Counted from the stretch's first letter, positions 45,161 to 57,646 are shown. The stretch: DNA of 64,000 nt from an uncultured Nitrososphaerales archaeon (GCA_963713605.1 CAVQMO010000001.1:384001-448000), one strand, 5' to 3'. The notes: generated from the letters alone by a model not told the origin. Numbers and translations are program-made.

Positions 45161-45498
45161 CTGGATAACTTGGTGCCGTATTTCTAAAGCAGCATACCGT
45201 TTTCACGTGCGAAAGATGTGGCCCGCACTTAACTGAAAACAGGACTATTCTATTTAGATGCACACAAGCTGACTAAGACTATCTCCACCTTGTGTTTAGC
45301 AAGAATTGAGTTGCTGCTACTATTATCCATCGATGGGGCAATAAGGAAAAGAGAAGAACACCATAAAGTCCATCGTGAGAGACAATACGATCATTAGAAT
45401 TTCCTCATCTGTCAAGCCTACTAATTTAATGGTTAATCTTAAAACCAAAATGCTTTTATTGACATTCCTTTCCAAGGTATGTTGTCAGTAGGTGGTAT

Positions 45499-47033
45499 GT
45501 GTTGGTACTAGAAGTTAAAAAACCGCGTCCTCTCTGGGAGATTCTCTTTTCGACTCATCACACTGATATTGGATTGTTGTATATCGTATCCTCTATTGCT
45601 TTTCTTATGATGGGTGGTGCTTTAGCTATGGCATTAAGGGCCGAATTATGGATGCCAGGTGCACAAATAATCCCAAGTTCATCTGATTTTCATAGAATAT
45701 TTACAGTGCACGGAACAAATATGCTATTTCTATGGATTTTGCCATTTGGTTCGGGTGTAGGGAACTATCTGATACCAATAATGGTAAGGTACCACGATAT
45801 GGCATGGCCAAAACTGAATGCCGTTGCATTTTGGATGATACCCGTGGCCGCGGCCATGATATGGATTGGCTTTTCCGATACAGGGTGGACCGCTTACCCA
45901 CCTTATTCTACTCTTAGAGCACCCGGACCAGCTGCAGACCTTTGGATATTTGGCGCCAAAATATTGGGCATTTCATCAGTATTAGGAGCAGTGAATTTCG
46001 TTGTTACCATTCTGAGATGTAAACATCCTGATCTCCCTCTTATGAAGATGCCCTTGTTTTCTTGGTCCATACTTATTACTTCCCTTATGATCATTGTCGC
46101 AACCCCAACCTTTGCTGCCGGCCTTGATAATGCTGTATACAGATAGGCTTGGGATCTCTGGCTTCTTCAATCCTGAAATGGGCGGGGATCCTATTGCTTA
46201 CCAACATCTGTTCTGGTTTACGTTCCATCCCGAAGTCTATATCTTCCTAATTCCAGCCGTAGGAATGCTGTATGAAACCATCCCCAAATTTTCCAGAAAG
46301 CCGATATTTAGTTATCAGTCTGGGGTTACGGCATTTGTACTGCTAGGCATAATTGGGTTTGCGTCGTGGGCACACCACATGTTCGCGGTAGGGATGAGCT
46401 TCACTGAGAAAACTGTCTTCATGGTAGGAACACTTGCTGCGGTTCCAGCGTCAGCTGATGCATGTTTTCAATTGGCTTGCCACCATGTGGGGAGGGAGAA
46501 TAAAGTTTGCTGCACCTATGCTTTTTGCTGTTGGGGCAATAATGCTATTTTTCGCGTCGGGAGCTGGTGGCGTTGTGAATACTCAGATGCCGCTCGATTT
46601 TATCACACATGATAGCTATTGGGTGGTTGGTCACTTCCACCTAATGCTAATGGGTACAGTTTCTCTCGGACTAACCGGTTTCCTGTACTACCTCTTCCCG
46701 TTAATGACTGGCCGAATGTATAATGAGAAATGGGCCAAAATTCACTTTGCATTAGCATTTGTTGGAGTGATATTCGTATTCATTACGCAACACTTGCTAG
46801 GGTTATATGGTATGCCTAGGAGGGTTTACGACTACGTTGACTCTCCAGAATTAGTGATGATGAACCAGATTGCGACGATCGGAGCATTTACAGTCGGGAT
46901 ATCATACGTCATAATGGTCATCAACATGTTAAGAAGCGCAGGCAAAGGAAAGCCGGCCGACATGGAAGATCCGTTCAAGATAGGAGAAGAGTATTATGAC
47001 TACAGAAGACGAGAACCACCAATCCATCATTAG
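45499..47033 (+). CDS. coxA: Heme-copper oxidase subunit I (frameshifts at about 46120 and 46456)
   Basis: TVHG, GWTAYPP, FWFTFHPEVY, WAHH, HFH, GMPRR. Confidence 0.95.
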
Positions 47034-47899
47034 GACCTCTCCTCGGAGGTTGGCCAAGGGTATGGCCATTCTGGTCATAGTTATGGCAGTAGGTGCCGCT
47101 ATTGCTGTGCCAAACTGGACTAATATGACAAAGTATCCACCTCTTGTTACTACAATTGAAACTGAGCCTTCTCCAGCGGGTGTTAGTGAAGGGGGAGGGC
47201 TTCCGGCGGCCGAAGAAACCGAAACTCCAGTTCCTGCGGGCGCGATGAAAATAACTATACCTGAAGGTGCAGCAATACAAGGAAATCCTGATTATGATCC
47301 TGATGATGCACAAGTTCCGCTAAATACTAAAGTTGTTTGGGAAAATGCCGATTCTGTTCCTCATACAGCAACCTCTGGAAGTGGCGCAGAAGACGCCAGC
47401 TCTGGACAAATTTTTGATACGGGTATTATAAATAATGGTGAAAGCTCAGCACCTATGGAATTAGTCGGTGCTGCAGAAGGCGATGAGATCGCATATTATT
47501 GTCAGGTTCACCCGTATATGACCAGTTCTCTTACAGTTACCGCTGCAGGTGCTGAAGGTTCAGCAGGCCGCACCAGCGGCAGGTGGTGGAGCCGAAGCTG
47601 CTGGTGCAACACTTACTATTCCAGAAGGCGCATCAGTACAAGGAAATCCAGCATATGATCCAGATCCATTAACCGTCTCTGCAGGAGACGTAGTGGAGGT
47701 ATCAAATAAAGACACAGTACCCCATACAGCCACAAGTGGTTCTGGGCCGGAAGATCCTGAATCAGGAAGTCAGTTTGATACAAGCATTATAGATGCAGGC
47801 GCAACTGCACAGATAGATACCGCCACACTTACAGCTGGAGACCATCCATTCTACTGTTCGGTACACCCGTACATGCTAGGTACAATGAAAGTATCATGA
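46996..47899 (+). CDS. Membrane-anchored two-domain cupredoxin (frameshift at about 47565)
   Basis: TM, then YYCQVHPYM and YCSVHPYM Cu sites. Confidence 0.88.
47612..47883 (+). repeat. 272-bp direct repeat, copy 2
   Basis: Matches 44873-45144. Confidence 0.95.
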
Positions 47900-47903
47900 A
47901 AAG

Positions 47904-48371
47904 ATGAATTTTCTCAAGTATCTTTCTTTTGGGACTCTTTCTTGCCTGTTTGCTCTGATCTTCTTTGGCGGATATGTTAGTGCCTCTGGGGTTGGTCTAT
48001 CATGTCCAGATTGGCCCCTCTGTCCCGCGGGATTGGTGCCTATGGGTGAATTCTTGATTGAATATATGCACAGGACATTGGCAGCCACTACAGGATTACT
48101 TGTAATCATAACAATGCTCTTTACATTAAAGTCAAGATCGTCGAGAAGAGGTATGAAACTCGCTGCCGTAATTGCAGCTGGGCTAGTGTTGGGCCAGATT
48201 GCTTTGGGTGGAGCAGTGATTGTCGAAAGGCTGCATGCTCTCTTGGTTACAATACACTTCGCCATAGGCATGACGTTGTTCTCGATGTTAATTTTGGTGA
48301 CTGTATACGCTTTTCAACTGCCTTCTCCGACAGCCAGAAAAGAAATTACTAGCACTCTTGGAAAAACTTGA
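47904..48371 (+). CDS. ctaA: Short heme A synthase (COX15/CtaA)
   Basis: GLSCPDWPLC, EYMHR, QIALGG, HFAIG. Confidence 0.9.
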   Translation: MNFLKYLSFGTLSCLFALIFFGGYVSASGVGLSCPDWPLCPAGLVPMGEFLIEYMHRTLAATTGLLVIITMLFTLKSRSSRRGMKLAAVIAAGLVLGQIALGGAVIVERLHALLVTIHFAIGMTLFSMLILVTVYAFQLPSPTARKEITSTLGKT

Positions 48372-48689
48372 TGTATGGTGGAAGGCTTCAGAGTTATTCT
48401 GCAATAGTGTTTGGTGTTATTGTGGTAAGGTAAGAAGGCCATGAAGTAAGTGATTCTTGTTATTGTTACATTTTGCCTAAGTTCCCATTAGTATAATACC
48501 TGTGTGACCTTTGAGGTGTCCAGTAGTCTACCTCACACTTCATGATGTTATGAACAATATGAGATTAATGACAAAATAGTAAGCAATGTCTGATTTCAAT
48601 TTTTTTTCTGACTTAAGGAAATCATACCTACCAACCTGTAAGAATTATTTAGCAAAATATAATACTGATAACAGTTACCTCAAACACTT

Positions 48690-49641
48690 ATGTGGAAGGT
48701 TATGATGCCAAGAAAAATTGCTTTTGGTGAAAATGCTGCTAAGGAATTTGACTATCCAAAGAATTCTCTAGTTATAACTACTACAACCCCAGACATTTAC
48801 GAAAAGTGGTTAGACTACATGGGCATCAAAGAATATGAAGTATACAATAAGGTGACACCTAATCCATCAATAGAAAGCGTAGAAGTCATAAGGAAGAATT
48901 ACGAAGGAAAGAAGATTTCCGCCTATATTGGCTTGGGAGGAGGAAGTTCTATGGATGTATGTAAATATTTGGGCAAGTTAACCGGTATTCCGAAGGTACT
49001 TATCCCAACAACATTCGGCACTGGTGCTGAAATGACAACCTACGCCGTTATAAGTTTCGAACATAAGAAGAAGTTGCTTCAGGACGAGGCTTTTCTTGCG
49101 GATGCCGCTGTGGTGGATCCATATTTCTTGCCTGGTACACCATACAACATTATGAGAAATTCTGCATGCGATGCGAGCAGCTCAGGCGTCTGAGGGATAT
49201 GATAGCAAATTGTCTAATCCATTTACCAAGCTCTTTTGTAAAGAAGCATTCGATGTGTTAGAAGACGCAATAATTAATGATAAGCCACAATTATTACCAT
49301 ATGGTGCGATGCTATCAGGAATTGGTTTTGGTAATTCGTCGACTACCTTGGGACACGCGCTATCTTATGTATTCTCAAATGAAGGTGTGCCTCATGGATA
49401 CTCGCTATCTTCATGTACAACAATAGCACATAAATTCAACAAGTCAATCTATTATGAAAGATTTAAGAAAATCTGCAAAAAGTTAAATTTTGAACCTCTC
49501 ACGCTGAAGCAGGGATTTGAGGAAGCTGCAGATGTTATTATGCCTGATAGAGGACACCTGGATAACAATCCCATTCCTGTTACTAGACAAGATATAGTTA
49601 AGTGCTTGGATGAAATAATAAACAAAAATCCTCTCTCATGA
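48690..49641 (+). CDS. Iron-containing alcohol dehydrogenase, probably malonate semialdehyde reductase of the 3HP/4HB cycle (frameshift at about 49175)
   Basis: GLGGGSSMD, PTTFGTGAEMT, GHALSYVFSNEGVPHGY; resembles the AOA enzyme as recalled. Confidence 0.85.
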
Positions 49642-49695
49642 CAAAAAACCTCGCTAGCTGCCACACATATCATTTCTACGGTCATATAATTTGAA

Positions 49696-50112
49696 CTAGG
49701 TCGAACTTTCTAAAAGCTTCTTGCGATTCCTACGGATCAGAGGTATAATCTTTCTCATAGTTATATCGTGGAAGTTCTCTGTGTCGACATCAAAGGTGAA
49801 GATTATAACGTATCGGAGATGATTGTGCTCATCTGTGATAGGTATGGTGACCCTTAGCAATTTGTCGTAGTGAGAACAAGTATAGAATATTTTACCTAAA
49901 ATCTCTTGCCATCTGACCCGAGTATACTGTCTAGTAGCGGCTGTAATGGCGTATTGCTCAGTCTCTTGCATGTTCAACAAAGGAATTATTCCCTTCCTTT
50001 CGGCAGTTGCTAGTAGTCTACCATGGCCATCAGCTATTCCAATAAATCTAATTGATTTATCAAGAGTTACTACTTTGTCACAGAAGCGTTTAAACAAATT
50101 ATTATCGATCAT
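49696..50112 (-). CDS. DUF6659-like protein
   Basis: LDKSIRFIGIAD..G...RKGIIPLL. Confidence 0.7.
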   Translation of the reverse strand: MIDNNLFKRFCDKVVTLDKSIRFIGIADGHGRLLATAERKGIIPLLNMQETEQYAITAATRQYTRVRWQEILGKIFYTCSHYDKLLRVTIPITDEHNHLRYVIIFTFDVDTENFHDITMRKIIPLIRRNRKKLLESST

Positions 50113-50296
50113 TGATTTATCACATTGATGGCTACCATTTTTATACTTTTGACTCGAGTCGGCCTTGGCCTTACCTGGACAACGTGCGTTTAAAATACAA
50201 GCGAGATTAAACCCGATCTCGGATAAATTTTCCTACTTCTGATGTAATGTTATTCCTTTGGCCCTGACAACTTTGATAAACAATGCAAAGCAGATC

Positions 50297-51124
50297 TTAC
50301 ACGTTGCTTTTTTCTACTGGGAGATCAGGCTTATTACCCCATTCTCCCCACGACCCTAGATACATTCTCGCTTTTTTGTATCCCAATGTCTTCAGCACAA
50401 TGAATGTATTTGCGGCCCTGTAGCCACCCTGACAGTAAGTAATTACCTCATCGGTTTTTGATATCTTTGAATACGTTTCAGTCAACTCTGGGATACTCTT
50501 GAATTTGCCATTGTTTTCCCTATCTATATTAAGTGACCAGTCAATATTAATCGCGCGAGGTATATGACCCCTTTTTAGAGCACGTACTACTTTTCCGTCA
50601 AATTCTTGCTTGGATCTACAATCCAATAAAACATATTTCTTACTTGGCATTTGCATTGTCGAAGACTTTACCATTTCCAAATCTGCTAACACTTCTGAAT
50701 TTGTGTTTGTTGCTAGTTTTGCATGGGGAAAAGCGTTTGTTTCTTTCTCAATTTCAAGGCCTTCTGCCTTCCATTCTCCCAATCCGCCATCAAGTATGGA
50801 AACATTTGACTGTGAAAAGTAATGTGAGAGCCATACTCCTCTAGATGCAGAAGGCCCTGAAATATTGTCATAGAATGCAACAAATTTTGCGTCACTCAAA
50901 CCAAGGTTCGAAAACAACAAGTTCATCTGCCTGTTGAATTGCCTTATTCCAATCCTAGATGTGTCTATCCAATGAAACTGAATTAAATCTATGTTTATGG
51001 CGCCCGGAATATGTCCATCAAGATATTCGTCAAGGGGTCTCGTATCAACTATGACAGTTTGTCCTGCGAGATTAGAATCATATAGTATTCGGTTGAGTTC
51101 CTTTGCAGGAAGAATCAGATTCAT
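50297..51124 (-). CDS. Tandem-domain rhodanese/sulfurtransferase
   Basis: GHIPGA, YCQGGYRAA, YLGSWGEW. Confidence 0.92.
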   Translation of the reverse strand: MNLILPAKELNRILYDSNLAGQTVIVDTRPLDEYLDGHIPGAINIDLIQFHWIDTSRIGIRQFNRQMNLLFSNLGLSDAKFVAFYDNISGPSASRGVWLSHYFSQSNVSILDGGLGEWKAEGLEIEKETNAFPHAKLATNTNSEVLADLEMVKSSTMQMPSKKYVLLDCRSKQEFDGKVVRALKRGHIPRAINIDWSLNIDRENNGKFKSIPELTETYSKISKTDEVITYCQGGYRAANTFIVLKTLGYKKARMYLGSWGEWGNKPDLPVEKSNV

Positions 51125-51200
51125 GACTGGACGTCATTACGCATTACCTCACTTATGCCTACGCATTCCCTTAGGGTTATTGAACTGCGGAAAAAATATG

Positions 51201-51446
51201 TTACCTAGCCCAGGGATTCTTATTTTGTTGGTGTAAGTACTTTGTAGAGGTTTTCTTGTTTGACGCTGACATGTCTTCGATTGCAAAAACATATCTAACA
51301 CCACTTTCCCTCAGGTCCGTACTCAACATTTCATTCATCCTCTTGACGTCTTGATGCACTTTTTCCTCAGTATATTTGTGAGTCCGCGCCACGACATATT
51401 GGAACTGGTCATTTAGATACCGATGGATCTCGTAGACTTTTATCAT
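51201..51446 (-). CDS. Hypothetical protein
   Basis: ORF from ATG (MIKVYEIHR...) within the track ORF. Confidence 0.5.
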   Translation of the reverse strand: MIKVYEIHRYLNDQFQYVVARTHKYTEEKVHQDVKRMNEMLSTDLRESGVRYVFAIEDMSASNKKTSTKYLHQQNKNPWAR

Positions 51447-51584
51447 ATGCTGAATTATCCTATACAATAAACACAGGAGGTATGTTTTTTGGTTGATTAT
51501 TATAGTTATTTGTGTCAAATTAAGTTATCGCGATAAGGTAGATATATATTCATGAACGGTGATATTTTCACTCCCCACACATCT

Positions 51585-52319
51585 TTAGGGTAGATTGATA
51601 AATGGGCCATACATTCGCAACCATTTTCGATCGTCTTCATATGTTGGGCGATTTAACTTTACTAATTCCCAAAATCTCTTAGAATGATTGAGCTCTAATA
51701 GATGCAATAATTCGTGGACAATTACATAATCAATAACGCCATTTGGCAGAGCAGACAGCATCACATTAAAATTCAAATTCTTTTTTAAGGAACAACTACC
51801 CCATCTGGTCCTATGATACTTTATTGAGATACTATTGAAATTTAAGTTTAGTCTTGAGCTAAATACTTTTATTCGCTCGTCAAGGATTCGAGACGTGTTT
51901 TGACGATAGAATTCAATGATAGTCTTTTTTCTTTTCTTATCATTCGGACTATGTATTGTAATCCTGCTCAGACTTTCAGACATAATCACATAACAGAGTC
52001 TGTCTTTTACTAGTTGAATATCATATGGCGTTCCTAGAAAAAGTATCTTTCCTCGTTGAATTAGCAAGGGATCTAATCCTCTCGTAATCTTCTCAAAATA
52101 AGTAACAGATTTAGAAATCCACTCTTTTTTTGATTCAATGAAAGTGATAATCTCTTGATGACTTGTTAAATTTGGAACTATGGCATAAATTCCATGTCGG
52201 TTTACTTTAAGAGAAATGCGTTTTGACCTATTGCTTTTGATTAGCTCGACATTCGCGTTCATACCATTAGAAAGTGTCACTGAAGAAAATGATTGATTAA
52301 AATCCATTCTTGTTTTCAA
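51585..52319 (-). CDS. YgjP/DUF45-like zinc metallopeptidase
   Basis: RWGSCS, YVIVHELLH..ELNHSKRFW. Confidence 0.92.
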   Translation of the reverse strand: MKTRMDFNQSFSSVTLSNGMNANVELIKSNRSKRISLKVNRHGIYAIVPNLTSHQEIITFIESKKEWISKSVTYFEKITRGLDPLLIQRGKILFLGTPYDIQLVKDRLCYVIMSESLSRITIHSPNDKKRKKTIIEFYRQNTSRILDERIKVFSSRLNLNFNSISIKYHRTRWGSCSLKKNLNFNVMLSALPNGVIDYVIVHELLHLLELNHSKRFWELVKLNRPTYEDDRKWLRMYGPFINLP

Positions 52320-53251
52320 AGAATATTCTCCAGGATTAGCACAAATAACCTGACGTTAAAGAAGCCACGGATTCTGAAAGCAATCTGAGCTGCTAGAGAA
52401 GCCGTCATATCGTTGATATCGTACGTGGGACAAAGTTCGACGATATCCATACCTACTATCCCTGAACTCACGGCGTGTTTGACCAGGCAGGTAAGCTCCA
52501 CGCTTGTAAGCCCGCATGGTGTAGGGACTGACACCCCGGGAGCAAATGCAGGATCAAGACAGTCGAGGTCAATTGACACATATTTTCTGGATGTATTTCT
52601 TGTGCGAATCTTGTCGACTGTTTTGTTCACACCTTCCTCCAGTATATCAAGCGGGGAAATAACTTGAAAACTGCTCCGTTGAATATTCTCAACTTCCTCT
52701 ATTTCAGCGGCCCTAGTTCCTACAAAAGTAACATTATTCTCGTCAAGTTTGTCAAGTGAGTCAGTTATCACCGATCCATAATAGTCTGTTTTAGAGGATA
52801 CAAAATCGGGATGAGCGTCGAAATATACTAAACCAATCTTACCTAATGTTGCAGAAATCGCATCTATAGCGATTGTAGTAACAGAATGATCTCCTCCAAT
52901 AATAACTGGAACGATTTTGTTTGCCACAAGTTCGCATATTAGTGAATATAAATCATTTCTACTAGTAAATCCTATATCTAAAATTTTCTTATTAAAGTAA
53001 TTCTTTCGCATTGGGCATATTAAGATAGTCTTACCTTCCCTTTTGAATACTTCAGAGTTTTCAAATGCGTTTCTCATTGCTCTAGGGCCCTGATCGGTCC
53101 CTTTTCTGGGTGCCAATGATTTACTCTCGTCGGCAACCAGTACCAAAGCGATCTCTGCTTCACTCATGGACGTAACATTTGCTAGGGGAAATCTATCAAC
53201 ATTCAATACAACTTTTCCAATAAATTCAGTCGGTATATAAACAGAGAGCAA
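52316..53251 (-). CDS. Agmatinase/arginase family ureohydrolase
   Basis: GGDHS, DAHPD, SIDLDCLDPAFAPG, DIVE; likely frameshift near the 3' end. Confidence 0.9.
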   Translation of the reverse strand: MLSVYIPTEFIGKVVLNVDRFPLANVTSMSEAEIALVLVADESKSLAPRKGTDQGPRAMRNAFENSEVFKREGKTILICPMRKNYFNKKILDIGFTSRNDLYSLICELVANKIVPVIIGGDHSVTTIAIDAISATLGKIGLVYFDAHPDFVSSKTDYYGSVITDSLDKLDENNVTFVGTRAAEIEEVENIQRSSFQVISPLDILEEGVNKTVDKIRTRNTSRKYVSIDLDCLDPAFAPGVSVPTPCGLTSVELTCLVKHAVSSGIVGMDIVELCPTYDINDMTASLAAQIAFRIRGFFNVRLFVLILENIL

Positions 53252-53604
53252 CTAGACCACCTAAATGCACTCGATACCTTGGATGAGGGACTGGATACCC
53301 AAGATGAATCTGAGAGCAATAGGGCTATGGCCTAGTGAAGGGATTCAACCAGCAAAAATAGCGCATTGGGGACAAAACGCGTAATTAGGGTGCACGCAGT
53401 TGTCAGAGTTTGAGATGGTGATCCGAGTAATGCTTGCAATCAAAGTTACAGTCAAAAGCATTTTCATATAGTAAGACTATCGTGGCAATAAAGCACTTAC
53501 AGATCAACGTATATAACTATCTGTCCAATTTCAAACACAACTGAATATACGATCAGATTCTTTAATTGCTTTGAGACCCGTCTTATAGCTTGGCAACTAT
53601 CGTG

Positions 53605-53862
53605 TCAGAGCGGTCGGCTGAAATGACCAATGGGAACTTTTTTTGATTTCTTTTTTTTAGTTTGGTTAAGATCTTTCTTAACCTGCCTAAATTCCGCACA
53701 TCCACAGAATCCATACTCAGTAGAAATATGATCTTCGTAATCCAGCGTCACCATTAGACACTTGCCATAATGCCAAAATCGCACATGACCACAAACACAC
53801 ATGTCATAGTCGAGACCTTCGCTAACCTTCTTTTTGGCTTGCTTATGTCGAGTCGAATCCAA
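53605..53862 (-). CDS. Small Cys/His zinc-binding protein
   Basis: CVCGH...H...C...CGCAEF. Confidence 0.55.
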   Translation of the reverse strand: MDSTRHKQAKKKVSEGLDYDMCVCGHVRFWHYGKCLMVTLDYEDHISTEYGFCGCAEFRQVKKDLNQTKKKKSKKVPIGHFSRPL

Positions 53863-54200
53863 ACATCACCTGTATCATGTAAACAAGCTCATAAACATTA
53901 GCATCCTTGCCCAGTTACAAAAGAAATCATGAACTCTTTGTCGAGCAACACTTAAAAAGCTTTCAAGGAAAAAGTCATAATTTATCCATCAGATAACCTT
54001 GAATTGTTATTTCAGAACGGCATTTCAAGGATGGGAATTAATTTGTAATGATCCAGCGATATCTAATGTGTGGCCTATAAGAACGCCTTTCTGACAACTG
54101 ATTAAAAGATCTGCGACTGCCTGGGAAACCTATGCTATAGAAAATAATTCGCCGCTATTAAGAGAACCTTTTTTAATAGATTTTATATCAATCAGATTAT

Positions 54201-55650
54201 TTGGAGAACGACTGTGATCTCTTAATCCATGGTGCTTTGGGAGTCGTAATACCCAAGGTAGGAGTACTCCAACTGGATATCCTCATCGAAGATGGAAAGA
54301 TCAAGGATCTAAGAAAGGATTCTTCCAGCGTAATTGCATCCAATAGGATTGATGCTTCTGGAAAATACGTGATACCTGGAGTAATCGATCCACATTCTCA
54401 TTATGGTGTCTTTAGCCCTATCGAAAAAGCAGCAAGAACTGAATCAAAGTCAGCAGCAATTGGTGGAATTACTTCCGTAATTCGAATGCTAAGACTAGAT
54501 GGTGAGCTATAGGAAATTGAGCGACCAATTGCGGATGAGTGCTAAGAATCATTATATTGACTATTCGATTCATGCGTCAATTCTTACCGATAAACAGGTA
54601 AAAGATATTCCATTCATGATCAACGACACGCACATAACCTCATTCAAAGTATACATGAATCTAGGGAATGGTTACAATCGCATTCTTATGGACTTAGATC
54701 CGGGGAATTCAGAATTGAATGAGCGCGAGATAAACATGAATGACGATCTAATTGAGAACATTTTGAAAAGTTGCTCGCGTGAAAACTCTACCGTAATTAT
54801 ACACGCTGAAGATCCAGCTATCTGCGCTGATAACACCTCAAAGCAAAAGCTCCTTGATGTATCAAACCCCAAAGAATCAGACCTCCAAAAGTGGTCAGAT
54901 AGCAGGCCACCCATATCAGAATCAGTGAGCATTTCGAGGATAACAAATCTTGGTAGAAAATACAATTCTAGGTTATATTTCGCACATATTGGCTCCACAG
55001 TCGCCCTTGATGCAATTATCAGCGAGAAAGAGAGAGGCAATTTAGTCACCTATATAGAAACATGTCCGCATTATCTAACCCACACCACTGATTTTGGTAG
55101 TGTCAAAGGAAAAGTTGTGCCTCCACTTCGCTCAAAATCAGATCTGCAAAGTATGTGGTACGGACTGAGAAACGGAATAATTGATACTGTGGGGACAGAT
55201 CATGTTGCAAATACGCTATCATTGAAGCAGGGTAAGGGAGACCTATGGACTGCGCTATCTGGATTTCCAGGTATGGGAACGATGCTGCCAGTTTTATTAA
55301 GCGAGGGTGTAAATAAAGATAGAATAACTCTTGAAAGACTAGTAGAAGTAACTTCCTATAGTACCGCCAGAATATTTGATATGTATCCTTCGAAAGGAAC
55401 CATCATGAATGGCTCAGATGCTGATCTCACCATTATCGATCTTGAAATGCAGAAAACCGTAACCCCTGATATATTGCAGTCAAGTTCAGACTACACAATA
55501 TATGACGGATGGAAACTTAATGGCTGGCCGGTTGCGACAATAGTAAGGGGCACGATTGTTATGAATGACGGTTCGGTAGATGAAAACACTTTAGGCCAAG
55601 GCAAATTAATCCTCAGGACCCGTTCTGGTGGGAGCGGAAGCAAGAATTAG
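54201..55650 (+). CDS. Cyclic amidohydrolase, dihydroorotase/dihydropyrimidinase family (frameshift at about 54505)
   Basis: PGVIDPHSH, SFKVYM, IHAED, ETCPHYL, GTDH. Confidence 0.92.
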
Positions 55651-56051
55651 GCGACTTGATAGAGCAAGATTTGCCTCGAAAGCGCTATTCAGATTACGGC
55701 AGTTACTAAATTTTTGATATTCTACTTTTCTTTCAAACTAAACTCGATCTTAGTTAAGGAGTATTTCATTAGGTAAAAATCTGCAAAGAAATTAGGATGA
55801 TAGAGCATTGCGTTAGCGCTCGCTGATCTGCTTCCATTTTAGCATGTTTCCAAATGATATCGCTAGTTTAGGCTGAGATTCATACCCAAAATTTAAGGGT
55901 AAAGTAAATAAGTTACCATAGGGAGGAACTGATAGATTTGAGTGTCGATGGCGTATCGAAGTATGAAAGCGATAATGATATCGAAGAGAATGGATCTATC
56001 AAACCGATCTGATACAAATAGCGAAGGTGGGGTTCTTGAGGTTCGAATCGA

Positions 56052-56774
56052 CTATGCATATACCAAATGTGTACCGTTTTTACGGAATGCGATTATCCTA
56101 AAAGGTCTTCCAATCGATGCTTCGTAATACCTATTAGCCCGTCTGGTGAAGATTCCAACTTCAACAATCCCTGGTATGCAAGTTAATTCCTTTTCCAGGG
56201 ATTCAGGATTTAGGATTGAAGGAAAAAGTGCATCAAAGATGATATTTCCATTATCCGTAAAATAGGGATAACCTGTAATAGATTGTCGTAGCTCAACTTT
56301 GGCGCCAATTCTGGTCAAGTTCCGATGAACTGTTGACCTAGCAAAAGGACTAACCTCGATTGGTACACTTCGATTGAATTGGTTGACAAATTTTGATGAA
56401 TCAGCTAATATTATGACTTTTCTTGCTGAATACATAAGTATTTTCTCCCGTAGTAACGCACCCCCTCCCCCTTTAATCATAAATAGGTTTGCATCAATTT
56501 GATCGGCACCATCAAATACGATATCAATCTGTCCGGTTTGCGGCGCATTCAAAATGAGCAATCCTGCATTTTCCGCTTCAACCGCTATCTGTAAAGAAGT
56601 AACTACAAATTTTAGATTTTTCTTATCGGTCATTCTACCCAATTCCCGTACAAGACATGCCATGGCCCTTCCGCTTCCCAATCCTATGATCTGATTATCC
56701 TTGACATGATTTCTTACTGCATGCTTTACTACTGAAGTGAAATCTGGTTTACCACTGACTTGCGAAGCTGTCAT
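56052..56774 (-). CDS. rpiA: Ribose-5-phosphate isomerase A
   Basis: GLGSG, DGADQID, KGGGGALLREK, TDNGN. Confidence 0.95.
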   Translation of the reverse strand: MTASQVSGKPDFTSVVKHAVRNHVKDNQIIGLGSGRAMACLVRELGRMTDKKNLKFVVTSLQIAVEAENAGLLILNAPQTGQIDIVFDGADQIDANLFMIKGGGGALLREKILMYSARKVIILADSSKFVNQFNRSVPIEVSPFARSTVHRNLTRIGAKVELRQSITGYPYFTDNGNIIFDALFPSILNPESLEKELTCIPGIVEVGIFTRRANRYYEASIGRPFRIIAFRKNGTHLVYA

Positions 56775-56811
56775 CGCGAATCAAAATTTTGATAGTACCA
56801 GAAAACTGAAA

Positions 56812-57646
56812 TCAACCTTCACCGGCCTGGCCTTCCCCCAAGGATGATGAGGGTGGGCCTTTTTTTCCCTCTGCGGATTCTTTATCGCTTCCAGGGAGCG
56901 ATTTAGAGTCGTTTTCATCTTGATTCAGAGCAACGGAATTTTTGAGATCATCCACGCTTTCATCAGCATGAGTTTCATCAACTCTATTTTCACCTTGCTC
57001 AAGTCTGTCAAGTTCTAGTATTATTTGGTGGTGAAGTTCTTCGAGTTGTTTAACTTCAGGTCGATCATCAACAAAAGGTTGAGATTGAGCTTGAGTAGAT
57101 GAGGTGGAAGTTGGTAATTGTTTTAATTCGTGAATGCGTTTAGAATCATGCAGATTGTCATCTACTGCTTCTTTGACTGCCTTCTCTAATACCTGTTCTA
57201 TTCGGTCACCTTCTCTACTTCCATATGTGATTGCGAATCTATTTTGAATGTCTTTTAATCTCTGATCAATCGACGATATTCTCCTGTTCATCATTTCAGT
57301 AAGGTTATCTCGTTGGTTTCTGAGATCTGTAAAATCTAACAAGTTCTGATATTTGTCTATTTTCTCCTCGTATTGTTCTATCTGCGTTGTGTACTGTTGA
57401 AGCGAGCTTATCTCGCTCATATACGTCGATTCTCTTCTCATTGAATGCTGTATCCACTTTAATGGCCGATTCAGCCACTAAATTCCTTTCAAATTCAAGC
57501 GAATTTAACTCGGTTTTTACAGAATCATTGGACGCGAGTGTATTCTTGTTCGCTTTTGAGAAGGCAGGCTTTACTAACCTGTCGATCGCAATAGTCAAGA
57601 GGGAGCCAGCAATGGCGCTCCCAACAAATATGATCTCTTCATTCAA
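56812..57646 (-). CDS. Membrane-anchored coiled-coil hypothetical protein (frameshift at about 57400)
   Basis: N-terminal TM; ERDKL joins LQQYTTQIE in the other frame; acidic tail. Confidence 0.65.

Noticed and set aside
45499..47033. Programmed frameshifting or pseudogenisation of coxA
   Set aside because: No shared slippery motif; essential genes are hit at random across the window, which fits sequencing error
53260..53600. Possible ncRNA or small ORF in the spacer
   Set aside because: No convincing structure or protein motif could be supported
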